Positions 1 through 7,909 of a stretch of DNA of 44,213 nt are shown piece after piece. Every line of letters starts with the position of its first letter. Positions within the stretch are counted from its first letter, which is position 1. This DNA is from an uncultured Collinsella sp. Lineage in GTDB: Bacteria > Actinomycetota > Coriobacteriia > Coriobacteriales > Coriobacteriaceae. A program made the position numbers and the translations under genes. Below the pieces are notes generated by a model. It made no database searches. It was not told the origin of the DNA and saw only the letters and a program-made list of their open reading frames with translations. The stretch lies in contig CATYHY010000001.1 in NCBI GenBank assembly GCA_958407085.1, positions 1 to 44,213 on the forward strand, read 5' to 3'.

Positions 1-792
1 CTTTCGAGCTGGTTTACCGGTGAGTTCGATCACGGCGACGCGATTGTGACCATCAGGCCCGGACAGGGTGGCCTGGAGGCGCAGGACTGGACCTTCATGC
101 TCTTTAAGATGTACATGAAGTACTGCCAGCGTCGCGGCTGGAAGGTTACCATCAACGACTGCCCCGCGGCCGAGGTCATCGGCATCGACCGTGCGACCTT
201 TACCGTAGAGGGCAAGGACGCGTTTGGCATGCTGCGTGCCGAGGCCGGTGTGCACCGCTTGGTGCGCATTAGCCCCACCGACGACAAGAAGCGCCGCCAG
301 ACCACGTTTGCCGGCGTCGAGGTCATCCCCGTGCTGCCTGACGATATCGACATCGAGATCAGTCCCGACGATATCCGCGTGGACGTGTATCACGCGAGCG
401 GCCCGGGCGGCCAGGGCGTCAACACCACCGACTCCGCCGTACGCGTGACGCATTTTCCCAGCGGCATCGTTGTCACTTGCCAAAACGAGCGCAGCCAGAT
501 TCAGAACAAGGCCGCGTGCATGCAGATTCTCAAGGCCCGTCTGTACGAGATCGAGCTTGAGAAGCGCGCCGAGGCGCTCGACGAGATTCGTGGACCCAAG
601 ACCACGATCGGGTTTGGTAACCAGATTCGCAGCTACGTGCTCTACCCGTACCAGATGGTCAAGGACCTGCGTACGGGCGTGGAGACCAGCAACGTCGAGG
701 CCGTTCTCGACGATGGCGATCTGGATCCGTTTGTGATCGGCTACCATCGCTGGGCAACCGGCAACGCCGATGCGGAAGGCTCGGACGCCTAG
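1..792 (+). CDS. prfB: Peptide chain release factor 2 (5'-truncated by window edge)
   Basis: Frame open from base 1 (LSSWFTGEFDHGDAIVTIRPGQGG). Has GVHRLVRISP, catalytic SGPGGQGVNTTDSAVR, ERSQIQNK and FGNQIRSYVLYPYQMVKDLRTG. Confidence 0.97.
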   Translation, partial: LSSWFTGEFDHGDAIVTIRPGQGGLEAQDWTFMLFKMYMKYCQRRGWKVTINDCPAAEVIGIDRATFTVEGKDAFGMLRAEAGVHRLVRISPTDDKKRRQTTFAGVEVIPVLPDDIDIEISPDDIRVDVYHASGPGGQGVNTTDSAVRVTHFPSGIVVTCQNERSQIQNKAACMQILKARLYEIELEKRAEALDEIRGPKTTIGFGNQIRSYVLYPYQMVKDLRTGVETSNVEAVLDDGDLDPFVIGYHRWATGNADAEGSDA

Positions 793-881
793 GCACATGG
801 TTGGCTCCGGGTCGATGCAAACACTTCGCAGGGGTGGTATTTGCTCGATGAATCGGTAGAATCGAATACAGCAAGAAGTTC

Positions 882-910
882 AAAGCGCACTCGTTTGGGT
901 GCGCTTTTTT
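882..910 (+). terminator. Intrinsic terminator-like hairpin directly upstream of the yitT SD
   Basis: AAAGCGCACTC-gttt-GGGTGCGCTTT followed by T-run; SD GGGAGG follows immediately. Confidence 0.6.
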
Positions 911-922
911 GAGGGAGGCAGC

Positions 923-1813
923 ATGGCATATCGTCTGGACATCAAGCGCATTCTTTCGCTGAACTTCTTTCACGATCTGCCCAAGATTATGCTGGGCTGC
1001 GCTCTGGCCGCTATCGCGACGGACCTGTTTTTGATCCCCAACGGTCTTGCTGCTGGCGGCGTTACGGGTCTCGCCACGATTATCCAGGCGGTCGGCGCCT
1101 CGCATGGCATCTCGCTGCCTGTCGGTATTCAAACCATCGTGATGAATGCCTTGCTGCTGCTGGTCGTTATGCGCGAGGGTGGCATGTTCTACGTGGTCCA
1201 GACGGCGACGGGCTTTGTGCTGCTGGGCTTCTTCACCGACCTGTTTGCTCCGTTTGTGGCGCCGCTGGCACATGCCGACCTGATGCTGCCCGCTATGTGG
1301 GGCGGCATTATCACGGGTATCGGCTACGGCATGGTGCTGCGCGCCGGCGCCAACACTGGCGGCTCTGACACCATCGGTCAGATTATCTCGCGCAACACAT
1401 CGCTGCCGGTTGGCTCGACCGTCATGGCGATCGATGTTGCCGTGTGCGCGCTGTCGGCCCCGGTCTTTTCGGTCGAAAACGCGCTGTATGCGGGCCTTTC
1501 GATGGTCATTAGCGGCTATGTGATTGATGCCGTGGTCGACGGTGGCAACAGGCGCCGTATGGTGCTCATCATCTCGGACAAGTTTCCCGATATCGCGGCC
1601 GACATCATGTATGGCCTGGGTCGCGGCTGCACCAAGTTTAAGGCGACCGGCATGTACTCGGGCGCCGAGAAGCCGGTGATCATGGTAATCGTGAGCCGTC
1701 GCGAGCTCAATACGCTCAAGACCATTGTGCGCGAGCGCGACCCGCGTGCTATTGTGACGGTCGCTGACGTTACGGAGACCTTCGGTGAGGGATTCAAGGA
1801 CATTAACGCGTAG
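923..1813 (+). CDS. YitT family membrane protein
   Basis: FLIPNGLAAGGVTGLA, GANTGGSD, RGCT and DPRAIVTVADV...GEGF motifs; multiple TM segments; SD GGAGG before ATG 923. Confidence 0.92.
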   Translation: MAYRLDIKRILSLNFFHDLPKIMLGCALAAIATDLFLIPNGLAAGGVTGLATIIQAVGASHGISLPVGIQTIVMNALLLLVVMREGGMFYVVQTATGFVLLGFFTDLFAPFVAPLAHADLMLPAMWGGIITGIGYGMVLRAGANTGGSDTIGQIISRNTSLPVGSTVMAIDVAVCALSAPVFSVENALYAGLSMVISGYVIDAVVDGGNRRRMVLIISDKFPDIAADIMYGLGRGCTKFKATGMYSGAEKPVIMVIVSRRELNTLKTIVRERDPRAIVTVADVTETFGEGFKDINA

Positions 1814-2020
1814 GGCCGACTGCGTTCCATCCAAAAGACGTTCACATTGGTAAACCGTTTCATCAGCGATTCTGCCTGCTAAATTGTTCAAATAATGATA
1901 AATACTCTGGTAAAGCTTCCGGTTTCCAGCATAATGAATGACGTACGTGCATCGCGGCTGGGTTGGGACGACCTTCTGTGCCGTGCGCATCTTGTCTAAA
2001 GAGGATGAAAGGAAGGCACA

Positions 2021-2851
2021 ATGAGCGACGAAGAGCTCAAAAAGGTTGCCAACGAGGTAAGGAAGGGCATCGTCACCGGCGTGCACGCTGCCAAGTCCGG
2101 CCATCCGGGCGGTTCGCTCGGCGCTGCCGACATCATGACCTATCTGTACTTTGAGGAAATGAACGTCGACCCGGCCGACCCCCGCAAGGCCGACCGCGAT
2201 CGCTTCGTGCTTTCCAAGGGTCACTGCGCGCCTGGACTGTACGCCGTGCTCGCTGAGCGCGGATTTTTCCCCAAGGAGGATCTCGAGACGCTGCGCCACA
2301 TCGGCAGTCACCTGCAGGGTCACCCCAACATGAACGACACCCCGGGCGTTGACATGTCCACCGGTTCGCTCGGCCAGGGCATCTCCGCCGCCGTGGGCAT
2401 GGCCGTTGCCGCCAAGCACTGGGGTGACGACTATCGCACCTACGCCCTGCTGGGCGACGGCGAGAGCGAGGAGGGCCAGGTTTGGGAGGCCGCCATGTTT
2501 GCCGGCAACCAGCAGCTCGATAACCTCTGCGTGATCGTTGACCACAACGGCCTGCAGATCGACGGCCCCGTCGAGGAGGTCAACGACCCCATGCCGCTCG
2601 CCGACAAGTTCCGCGCCTTCAAGTTCCATGTGGTGGAGCTCGCCGACGGCAACGACTTCGACCAGATTCGCGCCGCCTTTGCCGAGGCCCGCGCTACCAA
2701 GGGTCAGCCGACCGCCATTATCGCCGAGACCACGAAGGGCAAGGGCGTCTCCTTTATGGAGAACCAGGTGGGCTGGCACGGTAAGGCCCCCAACGATGAA
2801 CAGTTTGAGCAGGCCATGGCAGAGCTCACGGCCGCCGGAGAGGAGCTCTAG
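2021..2851 (+). CDS. Transketolase N-terminal (TPP-binding) subunit
   Basis: SGHPGGSL, DRFVLSKGH, TGSLGQG, GDGESEEGQVWEA, TKGKG, WHG motifs. Confidence 0.95.
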   Translation: MSDEELKKVANEVRKGIVTGVHAAKSGHPGGSLGAADIMTYLYFEEMNVDPADPRKADRDRFVLSKGHCAPGLYAVLAERGFFPKEDLETLRHIGSHLQGHPNMNDTPGVDMSTGSLGQGISAAVGMAVAAKHWGDDYRTYALLGDGESEEGQVWEAAMFAGNQQLDNLCVIVDHNGLQIDGPVEEVNDPMPLADKFRAFKFHVVELADGNDFDQIRAAFAEARATKGQPTAIIAETTKGKGVSFMENQVGWHGKAPNDEQFEQAMAELTAAGEEL

Positions 2852-2852
2852 G

Positions 2853-3794
2853 ATGGCAGACGTCAAGAAAATCGCCACGCGCGTAAGCTACGGCGAGGCC
2901 CTCGTCGAGCTCGCCAACGAGCACGATGACTTTGTGGTCCTCGACGCCGACCTGGCCGCCGCCACGCAGACCGGCAAGTTCAAGGCGGCCTGCCCTGACC
3001 GCTTCTTCGATGTGGGCATTGCCGAGAGCAACCTGATGGGTGTTGCCGCCGGTATCGCGACCACCGGCCGCGTTGCCTTCGCGAGCAGCTTTGCCATGTT
3101 CGCCGCCGGCCGCGCCTTTGAGCAGGTCCGCAACTCCATCGGCTACCCGCACCTTAACGTTAAGATTGGTGCCACGCACGCCGGTATCTCGGTGGGCGAG
3201 GATGGTGCCACGCACCAGTGCTGCGAGGATATCGCCCTGATGCGCGTCATCCCCGGCATGACCGTTATCGTTCCCGCCGACGACGTGGAGGCCCGTGCCG
3301 TGACGCGCGCCGCCTACGAGTGCGACGGCCCCGTGTATATGCGCTTCGCCCGTCTGGCCTCGCCGGTTATCAACGACCCCGAGACCTACAAGTTCGAGGT
3401 AGGCAAGGGCATCGTCATGCGCGAGGGCACCGACGTCACCATCATCGCCTGCGGCCTGATGGTCGGCGAGGCGCTCGAGGCCGCTGAGCAGCTTGCTGCC
3501 GAGGGCATCGATGCCGAGGTCATCAACATGCACACCATCAAGCCCATCGATGCCGACCTGATCGTCAAGAGCGCCACCAAGACCGGCCACGTCGTGACCG
3601 TCGAGGAGCACTCCGTGATCGGTGGCCTGGGCAGCGCCGTCGCCGACGTCCTGTGCGAACAGTGCCCGACGCCGCTTAAGAAGATCGGTGTCAACGACAC
3701 CTTCGGCGAGTCCGGTCCGGGCGCCGAGCTCCTGCACAAGTACGGCCTGGATGCCGCCAACACCGTGGCGACCACCAAGGAGTTCTTGGCCTAA
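2853..3794 (+). CDS. Transketolase C-terminal subunit
   Basis: ATG 2853 right after the upstream stop; GIAESN, GEDGATHQ, HTIKPID, VEEHSVIGGLGS. Confidence 0.95.
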   Translation: MADVKKIATRVSYGEALVELANEHDDFVVLDADLAAATQTGKFKAACPDRFFDVGIAESNLMGVAAGIATTGRVAFASSFAMFAAGRAFEQVRNSIGYPHLNVKIGATHAGISVGEDGATHQCCEDIALMRVIPGMTVIVPADDVEARAVTRAAYECDGPVYMRFARLASPVINDPETYKFEVGKGIVMREGTDVTIIACGLMVGEALEAAEQLAAEGIDAEVINMHTIKPIDADLIVKSATKTGHVVTVEEHSVIGGLGSAVADVLCEQCPTPLKKIGVNDTFGESGPGAELLHKYGLDAANTVATTKEFLA

Positions 3795-3847
3795 GGCATT
3801 TTGCTTTGGCCTTGACCTGAGAGCCGTTCCCGCGCTGGATAATAAAT

Positions 3848-3885
3848 AAGCCGGGGTGCCTTTCGTGTGGGGGCACCCCGGCTTT
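3848..3885. terminator. Bidirectional terminator between convergent genes
   Basis: AAGCCGGGGTGCC...GGCACCCCGGCTTT stem. Confidence 0.8.
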
Positions 3886-3904
3886 GTGTTTGGGGGAGGA
3901 GCGG

Positions 3905-5173
3905 TTAGAGGAGCTTCACGGTCGGGGCGAGGGCGTTGGCAAAGATATCGTCTGGCCAGAATACCGCTGCGACATTAGCGTCATTTGCCGCAACCATATC
4001 AGCAAGAATGGAGTCGTAGGAGATTGTCCCCAACGATTGGAGGTCGACTATCTCGCGTGCGGCATCATCTGAACACAAGTTAAGACGATATTCAGCTTTT
4101 GATAAATGGTCTTGCCCCGCATCAAAGGCCCAACGATAAATTACTAGTTTTACATAGTGGTTTTCGTCGAGCTTGATGTCGCGAATACGGCCGCACTCGA
4201 TATCTCCCGCGTTTCCATACGGTTCATTTTTCATGGCAAGATATCCAAGCTCTTTATCTGGAAAGGCAGTCGAGTACAGCCCTATCACATCTCCGTCGAC
4301 TTCTGCTGTCACCCTACCATCCCAGTACTCGGGCAGGTCGACACTGAAGGTTTGGGCCTCGATGTGGCGTGCGGCGGCTTTGCGCTGTTCCTCGGCCTGG
4401 CGCGCCGCTTCTTCTTCGGCGGCTTTCTTGGCCGCGACGGCGGTGTCGCGGCGGTTCGTTGCGGCGTGTTGCAGCGCATCGACGTTGGGCGCGTTCTTAC
4501 CCTTGTATGCCATGGCGAGCGTCACGGCGTCATTGATCTCGTCGTCGGTTACCTCGGCGGCGTCGATGGGCGTAAAGTCCAAAACCGAATCCTGCTCGGC
4601 GAGTTCTGCCAAGTCGATCTTCTCGCCCTTGGCAAAAGTGTCGTCGAGCGTGAGCTCGGCCTTTGTGCAAGGCACCTGGTAGATAGTGCCATCGGCGGCG
4701 ATGGGGGAGCCTGCCGCCTTGAGCGTGTACTTGCCCTGGATAAGCTTGATGCCCGAGCCGTCAGAAGCGACATATTCGACCTTGTCGACCTTCTTTCCGT
4801 CGACCGTCTTGCCCTTTACGCACACCGGCACACGAGAAGCGCCGTTATCGGTGTCCCAGCCTTCAGCCTTTACATTCACCACGAGCGCATGCTTGGAATG
4901 CGCCGACTCATATTGTTCCTGCTCCTGGACATGCTGCTGATATAGGTGGTACGCCAATCCGCCGCCCCCGCTAACAACGATTACCGCCGCGCAGACGATA
5001 GCGATCACGACGCCTTTCTTGGGCTTCTTACTGTGGGCGGGCGAACCCACAGGTGCCGGCGCAACCGCAGGGTTGGCTACGGGCATATCCTGCGTCCCGT
5101 CAAGCGCAGCCCCACATCCCACGCAAAACCGTGCACCATCAGCAAGCTCAGCACCACAATACGGACAAACCAT
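3905..5173 (-). CDS. Zinc-ribbon domain, single-TM membrane/surface protein
   Basis: N-terminal CPYCG...FCVGCG zinc ribbon, KKPKK plus hydrophobic TM, AAEEEAARQAEEQRK coil; SD GGAGG before ATG 5173. Confidence 0.85.
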   Translation of the reverse strand: MVCPYCGAELADGARFCVGCGAALDGTQDMPVANPAVAPAPVGSPAHSKKPKKGVVIAIVCAAVIVVSGGGGLAYHLYQQHVQEQEQYESAHSKHALVVNVKAEGWDTDNGASRVPVCVKGKTVDGKKVDKVEYVASDGSGIKLIQGKYTLKAAGSPIAADGTIYQVPCTKAELTLDDTFAKGEKIDLAELAEQDSVLDFTPIDAAEVTDDEINDAVTLAMAYKGKNAPNVDALQHAATNRRDTAVAAKKAAEEEAARQAEEQRKAAARHIEAQTFSVDLPEYWDGRVTAEVDGDVIGLYSTAFPDKELGYLAMKNEPYGNAGDIECGRIRDIKLDENHYVKLVIYRWAFDAGQDHLSKAEYRLNLCSDDAAREIVDLQSLGTISYDSILADMVAANDANVAAVFWPDDIFANALAPTVKLL

Positions 5174-5264
5174 ATCAACCTCCAGCAAGCCGAGAACCAT
5201 CTTTCTAACTCAACTGTAAAGCGAAAACCCCAACCCAAGTTGCGCAACAATGAGCCCCAATATA

Positions 5265-5331
5265 AGTTGCGGTGAAATAGGGATTGATTAGGGCTTTTAA
5301 CTGCTAAAACAGTCCCTATTTCACCGCAACT
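5265..5331. repeat. Family A palindromic element, copy 1 (67 bp)
   Basis: AGTTGCGGTGAAATAGGGATTG...CAGTCCCTATTTCACCGCAACT; homologous copies at 19156, 33549 and 39257. Confidence 0.93.
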
Positions 5332-5357
5332 TCTAAAGAGGCCCCTTAGTAGCCGCA

Positions 5358-5485
5358 GGCCGGGCACAGGGTTACCTCCCAAATCTTTCCGCAGCGCAGG
5401 CCGGCGTTTGTCCGCAGCTCCGCAGGAGCAGGACAAATGCCGGCCATGCGCGAGGACGATTTGGGAGGTAACCCTGTGCGCGGCC
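5358..5485. repeat. Long inverted-repeat (MITE-like) element
   Basis: 22-bp perfect outer arms GCACAGGGTTACCTCCCAAATC / GATTTGGGAGGTAACCCTGTGC plus inner arms GGCCGGCGTTTGTCC / GGACAAATGCCGGCC. Confidence 0.85.
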
Positions 5486-5535
5486 GGACAGATCCCAAAG
5501 CCCGCCATGCTTCTTATGTGCAGCAAAGGCAATCC

Positions 5536-5544
5536 TGCTAAAAT
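5536..5544 (+). promoter_or_regulatory. Extended -10 promoter for ftsEX
   Basis: TGcTAAAAT about 45 nt upstream of the SD/GTG. Confidence 0.5.
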
Positions 5545-5589
5545 ACAAGGCGCTCATGTAGTTTAAACGCACGACGATAAGGAGCACCA

Positions 5590-6810
5590 GTGGGTAACCA
5601 CTTCCGTACCTCCGGTGCGGGCGATGAAGCCCCCAAGACGCAGCCGAGCGTCGCGGGCAGTCGTTTCGCCACTCCGGATTCAGAGGATCAGCTGTTTAGC
5701 CCGATCCCCGCACAGCCGGCAGATCAGGCACAGCCGGCGGCAGATCCCTTTGCCTACAACCCCAACAACGATGTAGCGCTTTCCGGCACGGCTGGCTTTG
5801 AGCCCGTTCAGGCGGTGACCGCCCGTGTGGCTCAGCCTCAGATGAGCGCCGCCACGCCGCAGCCTACTATGGCCGGCATCCCCGATCCCATGGCCCCTGC
5901 GGCTCCCGCGCCGCAGCCCGCGCAGTCCGGTCTTTTTGCCGGCATTCCCGACCCCACGCAGCCTGCGGCTCCCGTGGTCGAGCGCGATCAGGCCGCCGAG
6001 GTCGCAAGTCTCGACAACGCGCTCAACAACCCCGACTTCACGTCGGTGTTTGCGCCCATCGACCCGCAGGCCAGCCGCAAAAAGATGGCCAAGCAGGCCG
6101 GTGTCGAGCCCGTCATCCTTATGGAGCACGTCACCAAGATCTATCCGGCGCAGCCCAACAAGCCCGCACTCGACGACATCAACATCGAGATCTATCCGGG
6201 CGAGTTCGTCTTTTTGGTCGGTCACTCCGGCTCGGGTAAGACCACGCTGCTGTCGACGCTCAACCGCGACGTCAAGCCCACAAGCGGTCGCATTTTGGTC
6301 GCCGGCCAGGATCTCATGAAGATCAAGAACCGCAAGGTTCCGTTCCTGCGTCGTCAGATTGGCGCCGTGTTCCAGGACTTTAAGCTCCTGCCGCAAAAGA
6401 CCGCTTACGAAAACGTGGCGTTTGCCCTGCAGTGCATCGGCAAGCCCAAGGGTGTCATTCGCAGCCAGGTGCCCGAGGTGCTGCGTCTGGTCGGTCTGGC
6501 CGACCAGATGGACTCGCTGCCCGATCAGCTTTCCGGTGGCGAGCAGCAGCGCGTGGCCGTTGCCCGCGCTATGGTCAACCGCCCACCGCTGCTGATTTGC
6601 GACGAGCCCACGGGCAACCTCGACCCGGCGATTTCGCTGGGCATCATGAAGCTGCTCGAGCGCATTAACCGCACCGGTACCACCGTGATCGTCGCTACGC
6701 ACGACCGCGAGATGGTCGATAGCATGCACCGTCGCGTGATCGCCCTCGAGGGCGGCCACGTAATCCGCGACCAGGAGAGGGGAGGTTACGGCAACTATGG
6801 CACCAACTAA
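5590..6810 (+). CDS. ftsE: Cell division ATP-binding protein FtsE with long Pro/Ala/Gln-rich N-terminal extension
   Basis: Walker A GHSGSGKT, VFQDFKLL, LSGGEQQRVAVARA, CDEPTGNLDP; upstream of ftsX; SD AAGGAG before GTG 5590. Confidence 0.93.
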   Translation: MGNHFRTSGAGDEAPKTQPSVAGSRFATPDSEDQLFSPIPAQPADQAQPAADPFAYNPNNDVALSGTAGFEPVQAVTARVAQPQMSAATPQPTMAGIPDPMAPAAPAPQPAQSGLFAGIPDPTQPAAPVVERDQAAEVASLDNALNNPDFTSVFAPIDPQASRKKMAKQAGVEPVILMEHVTKIYPAQPNKPALDDINIEIYPGEFVFLVGHSGSGKTTLLSTLNRDVKPTSGRILVAGQDLMKIKNRKVPFLRRQIGAVFQDFKLLPQKTAYENVAFALQCIGKPKGVIRSQVPEVLRLVGLADQMDSLPDQLSGGEQQRVAVARAMVNRPPLLICDEPTGNLDPAISLGIMKLLERINRTGTTVIVATHDREMVDSMHRRVIALEGGHVIRDQERGGYGNYGTN

Positions 6811-7717
6811 CGTGGGCTACTCGCTCAAAGAGGCAATCAGCCACTTCTTCCGTAACTGGACCACCTCGCTCGGCGCCGTCATCACGATTTTCCTTTCGCT
6901 GTTTATCATCGGCCTGTTCATTATGGGTTCCGCGATGCTGAACTCCGTGATCGGCACCGTCGAGGATCAGGTCGTCATCAACGCCTTTATTAGCGATGAC
7001 GCCGACCAGGCAGATGTTCAGGCCTTTGAGGCCGAGCTCAAGACGTGGAGCAACGTCAAGTCCGTGACGTACAAGGACAAGGACGACGCGCTGGCCGAGT
7101 ACACGAGCAAGATGTCGGGTAACGCCGACGCTACCATGAGCGCGCTCGACGGTCAGAACCCGCTGCCGGCTTCGTTTGCCATCGAGATGGACGATCCGTC
7201 CATGGTCGAGAGCACGGCCCAGAAGCTCAAGAAGAACGCCGATTTTCAGAAGATCGCGGACGACGGCGACGTTAACGCGAGCGTTCTGTACGGCCAGGAG
7301 GAAGTGAGCCGCCTGTTCCAGGTGACGAACTACATCCGTATCGCCGCCGTGGTGCTCGTCGGCCTGCTGACCTTTATTGCGTTCATTTTCATTAACAACA
7401 CGATTCGCCTGTCCATTACGGCGCGTCGTCGTGAGATCGCGATCATGCGCCTGGTGGGCGCAAGCAACGGTTTCATTCGCGGGCCGTTCATTACCGAGGG
7501 CGTGCTGCAGGCCATTTTGGGCTCGCTGCTTTCCATCGGCGTGCTGGAGCTGCTGCGTAACCTGATGGTTCCGCGTCTGCAGGAGAGCATCGGCTGGATG
7601 TCGTTTGCGCTGCCGATGCAGTACTATCTGGTGACCTACGCCGCACTGATTCTGGTCGGCGTCATTATCGGTCTCTTTGGTTCCGCCATCGCCATGCGCC
7701 GCTATCTGCGCGTGTAG
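6797..7717 (+). CDS. ftsX: Cell division permease FtsX
   Basis: NPLP, INNTIRLSITARRREIAIMRLVGASNGFIRGPFITEG; overlaps the ftsE end. Confidence 0.95.
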   Translation: MAPTNVGYSLKEAISHFFRNWTTSLGAVITIFLSLFIIGLFIMGSAMLNSVIGTVEDQVVINAFISDDADQADVQAFEAELKTWSNVKSVTYKDKDDALAEYTSKMSGNADATMSALDGQNPLPASFAIEMDDPSMVESTAQKLKKNADFQKIADDGDVNASVLYGQEEVSRLFQVTNYIRIAAVVLVGLLTFIAFIFINNTIRLSITARRREIAIMRLVGASNGFIRGPFITEGVLQAILGSLLSIGVLELLRNLMVPRLQESIGWMSFALPMQYYLVTYAALILVGVIIGLFGSAIAMRRYLRV

Positions 7718-7740
7718 GCGTGCTTGGAATTCGTTCCTTC

Positions 7741-7775
7741 AACGGGTCGTCTCTTTTGGGGGCGGCCCGTTTTTT
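7741..7775 (+). terminator. ftsEX terminator
   Basis: AACGGGTCGTCTC-tttt-GGGGGCGGCCCGTT followed by T-run. Confidence 0.75.
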
Positions 7776-7859
7776 GATCCCTAGGGGACGGTGGAATACG
7801 GATCATCGTGGCGCTGGTCTATCTATGCGATCCGCAATCCTGCCGTCCCCTAGGGATCA
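7775..7859. repeat. Palindromic element with 17-bp perfect arms
   Basis: TGATCCCTAGGGGACGG...CCGTCCCCTAGGGATCA, with inner CGGATC/GATCCG pairing. Confidence 0.8.
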
Positions 7860-7909
7860 TTTGGGTAGACTCTTGGGGTGTAAACGGCCATCGATAGTAA
7901 GGAGGCGCC

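Noticed and set aside
1..60. prfB programmed +1 frameshift site
   Set aside because: It would lie upstream of the window; the frame is open from base 1, so it cannot be assessed.
1847..1930. LacI/cre-like operators upstream of transketolase (TGGTAAACCGTTTCA, TGGTAAAGCTTCC)
   Set aside because: Imperfect matches and no cognate regulator in the window; too weak to call.
659..2878. Long antisense ORFs (also 24262-27213, 36840-39152, 41023-43590, 13151-14815, 29712-30896 and others)
   Set aside because: Shadow ORFs opposite recognisable genes, expected from high-GC codon bias; no motifs.
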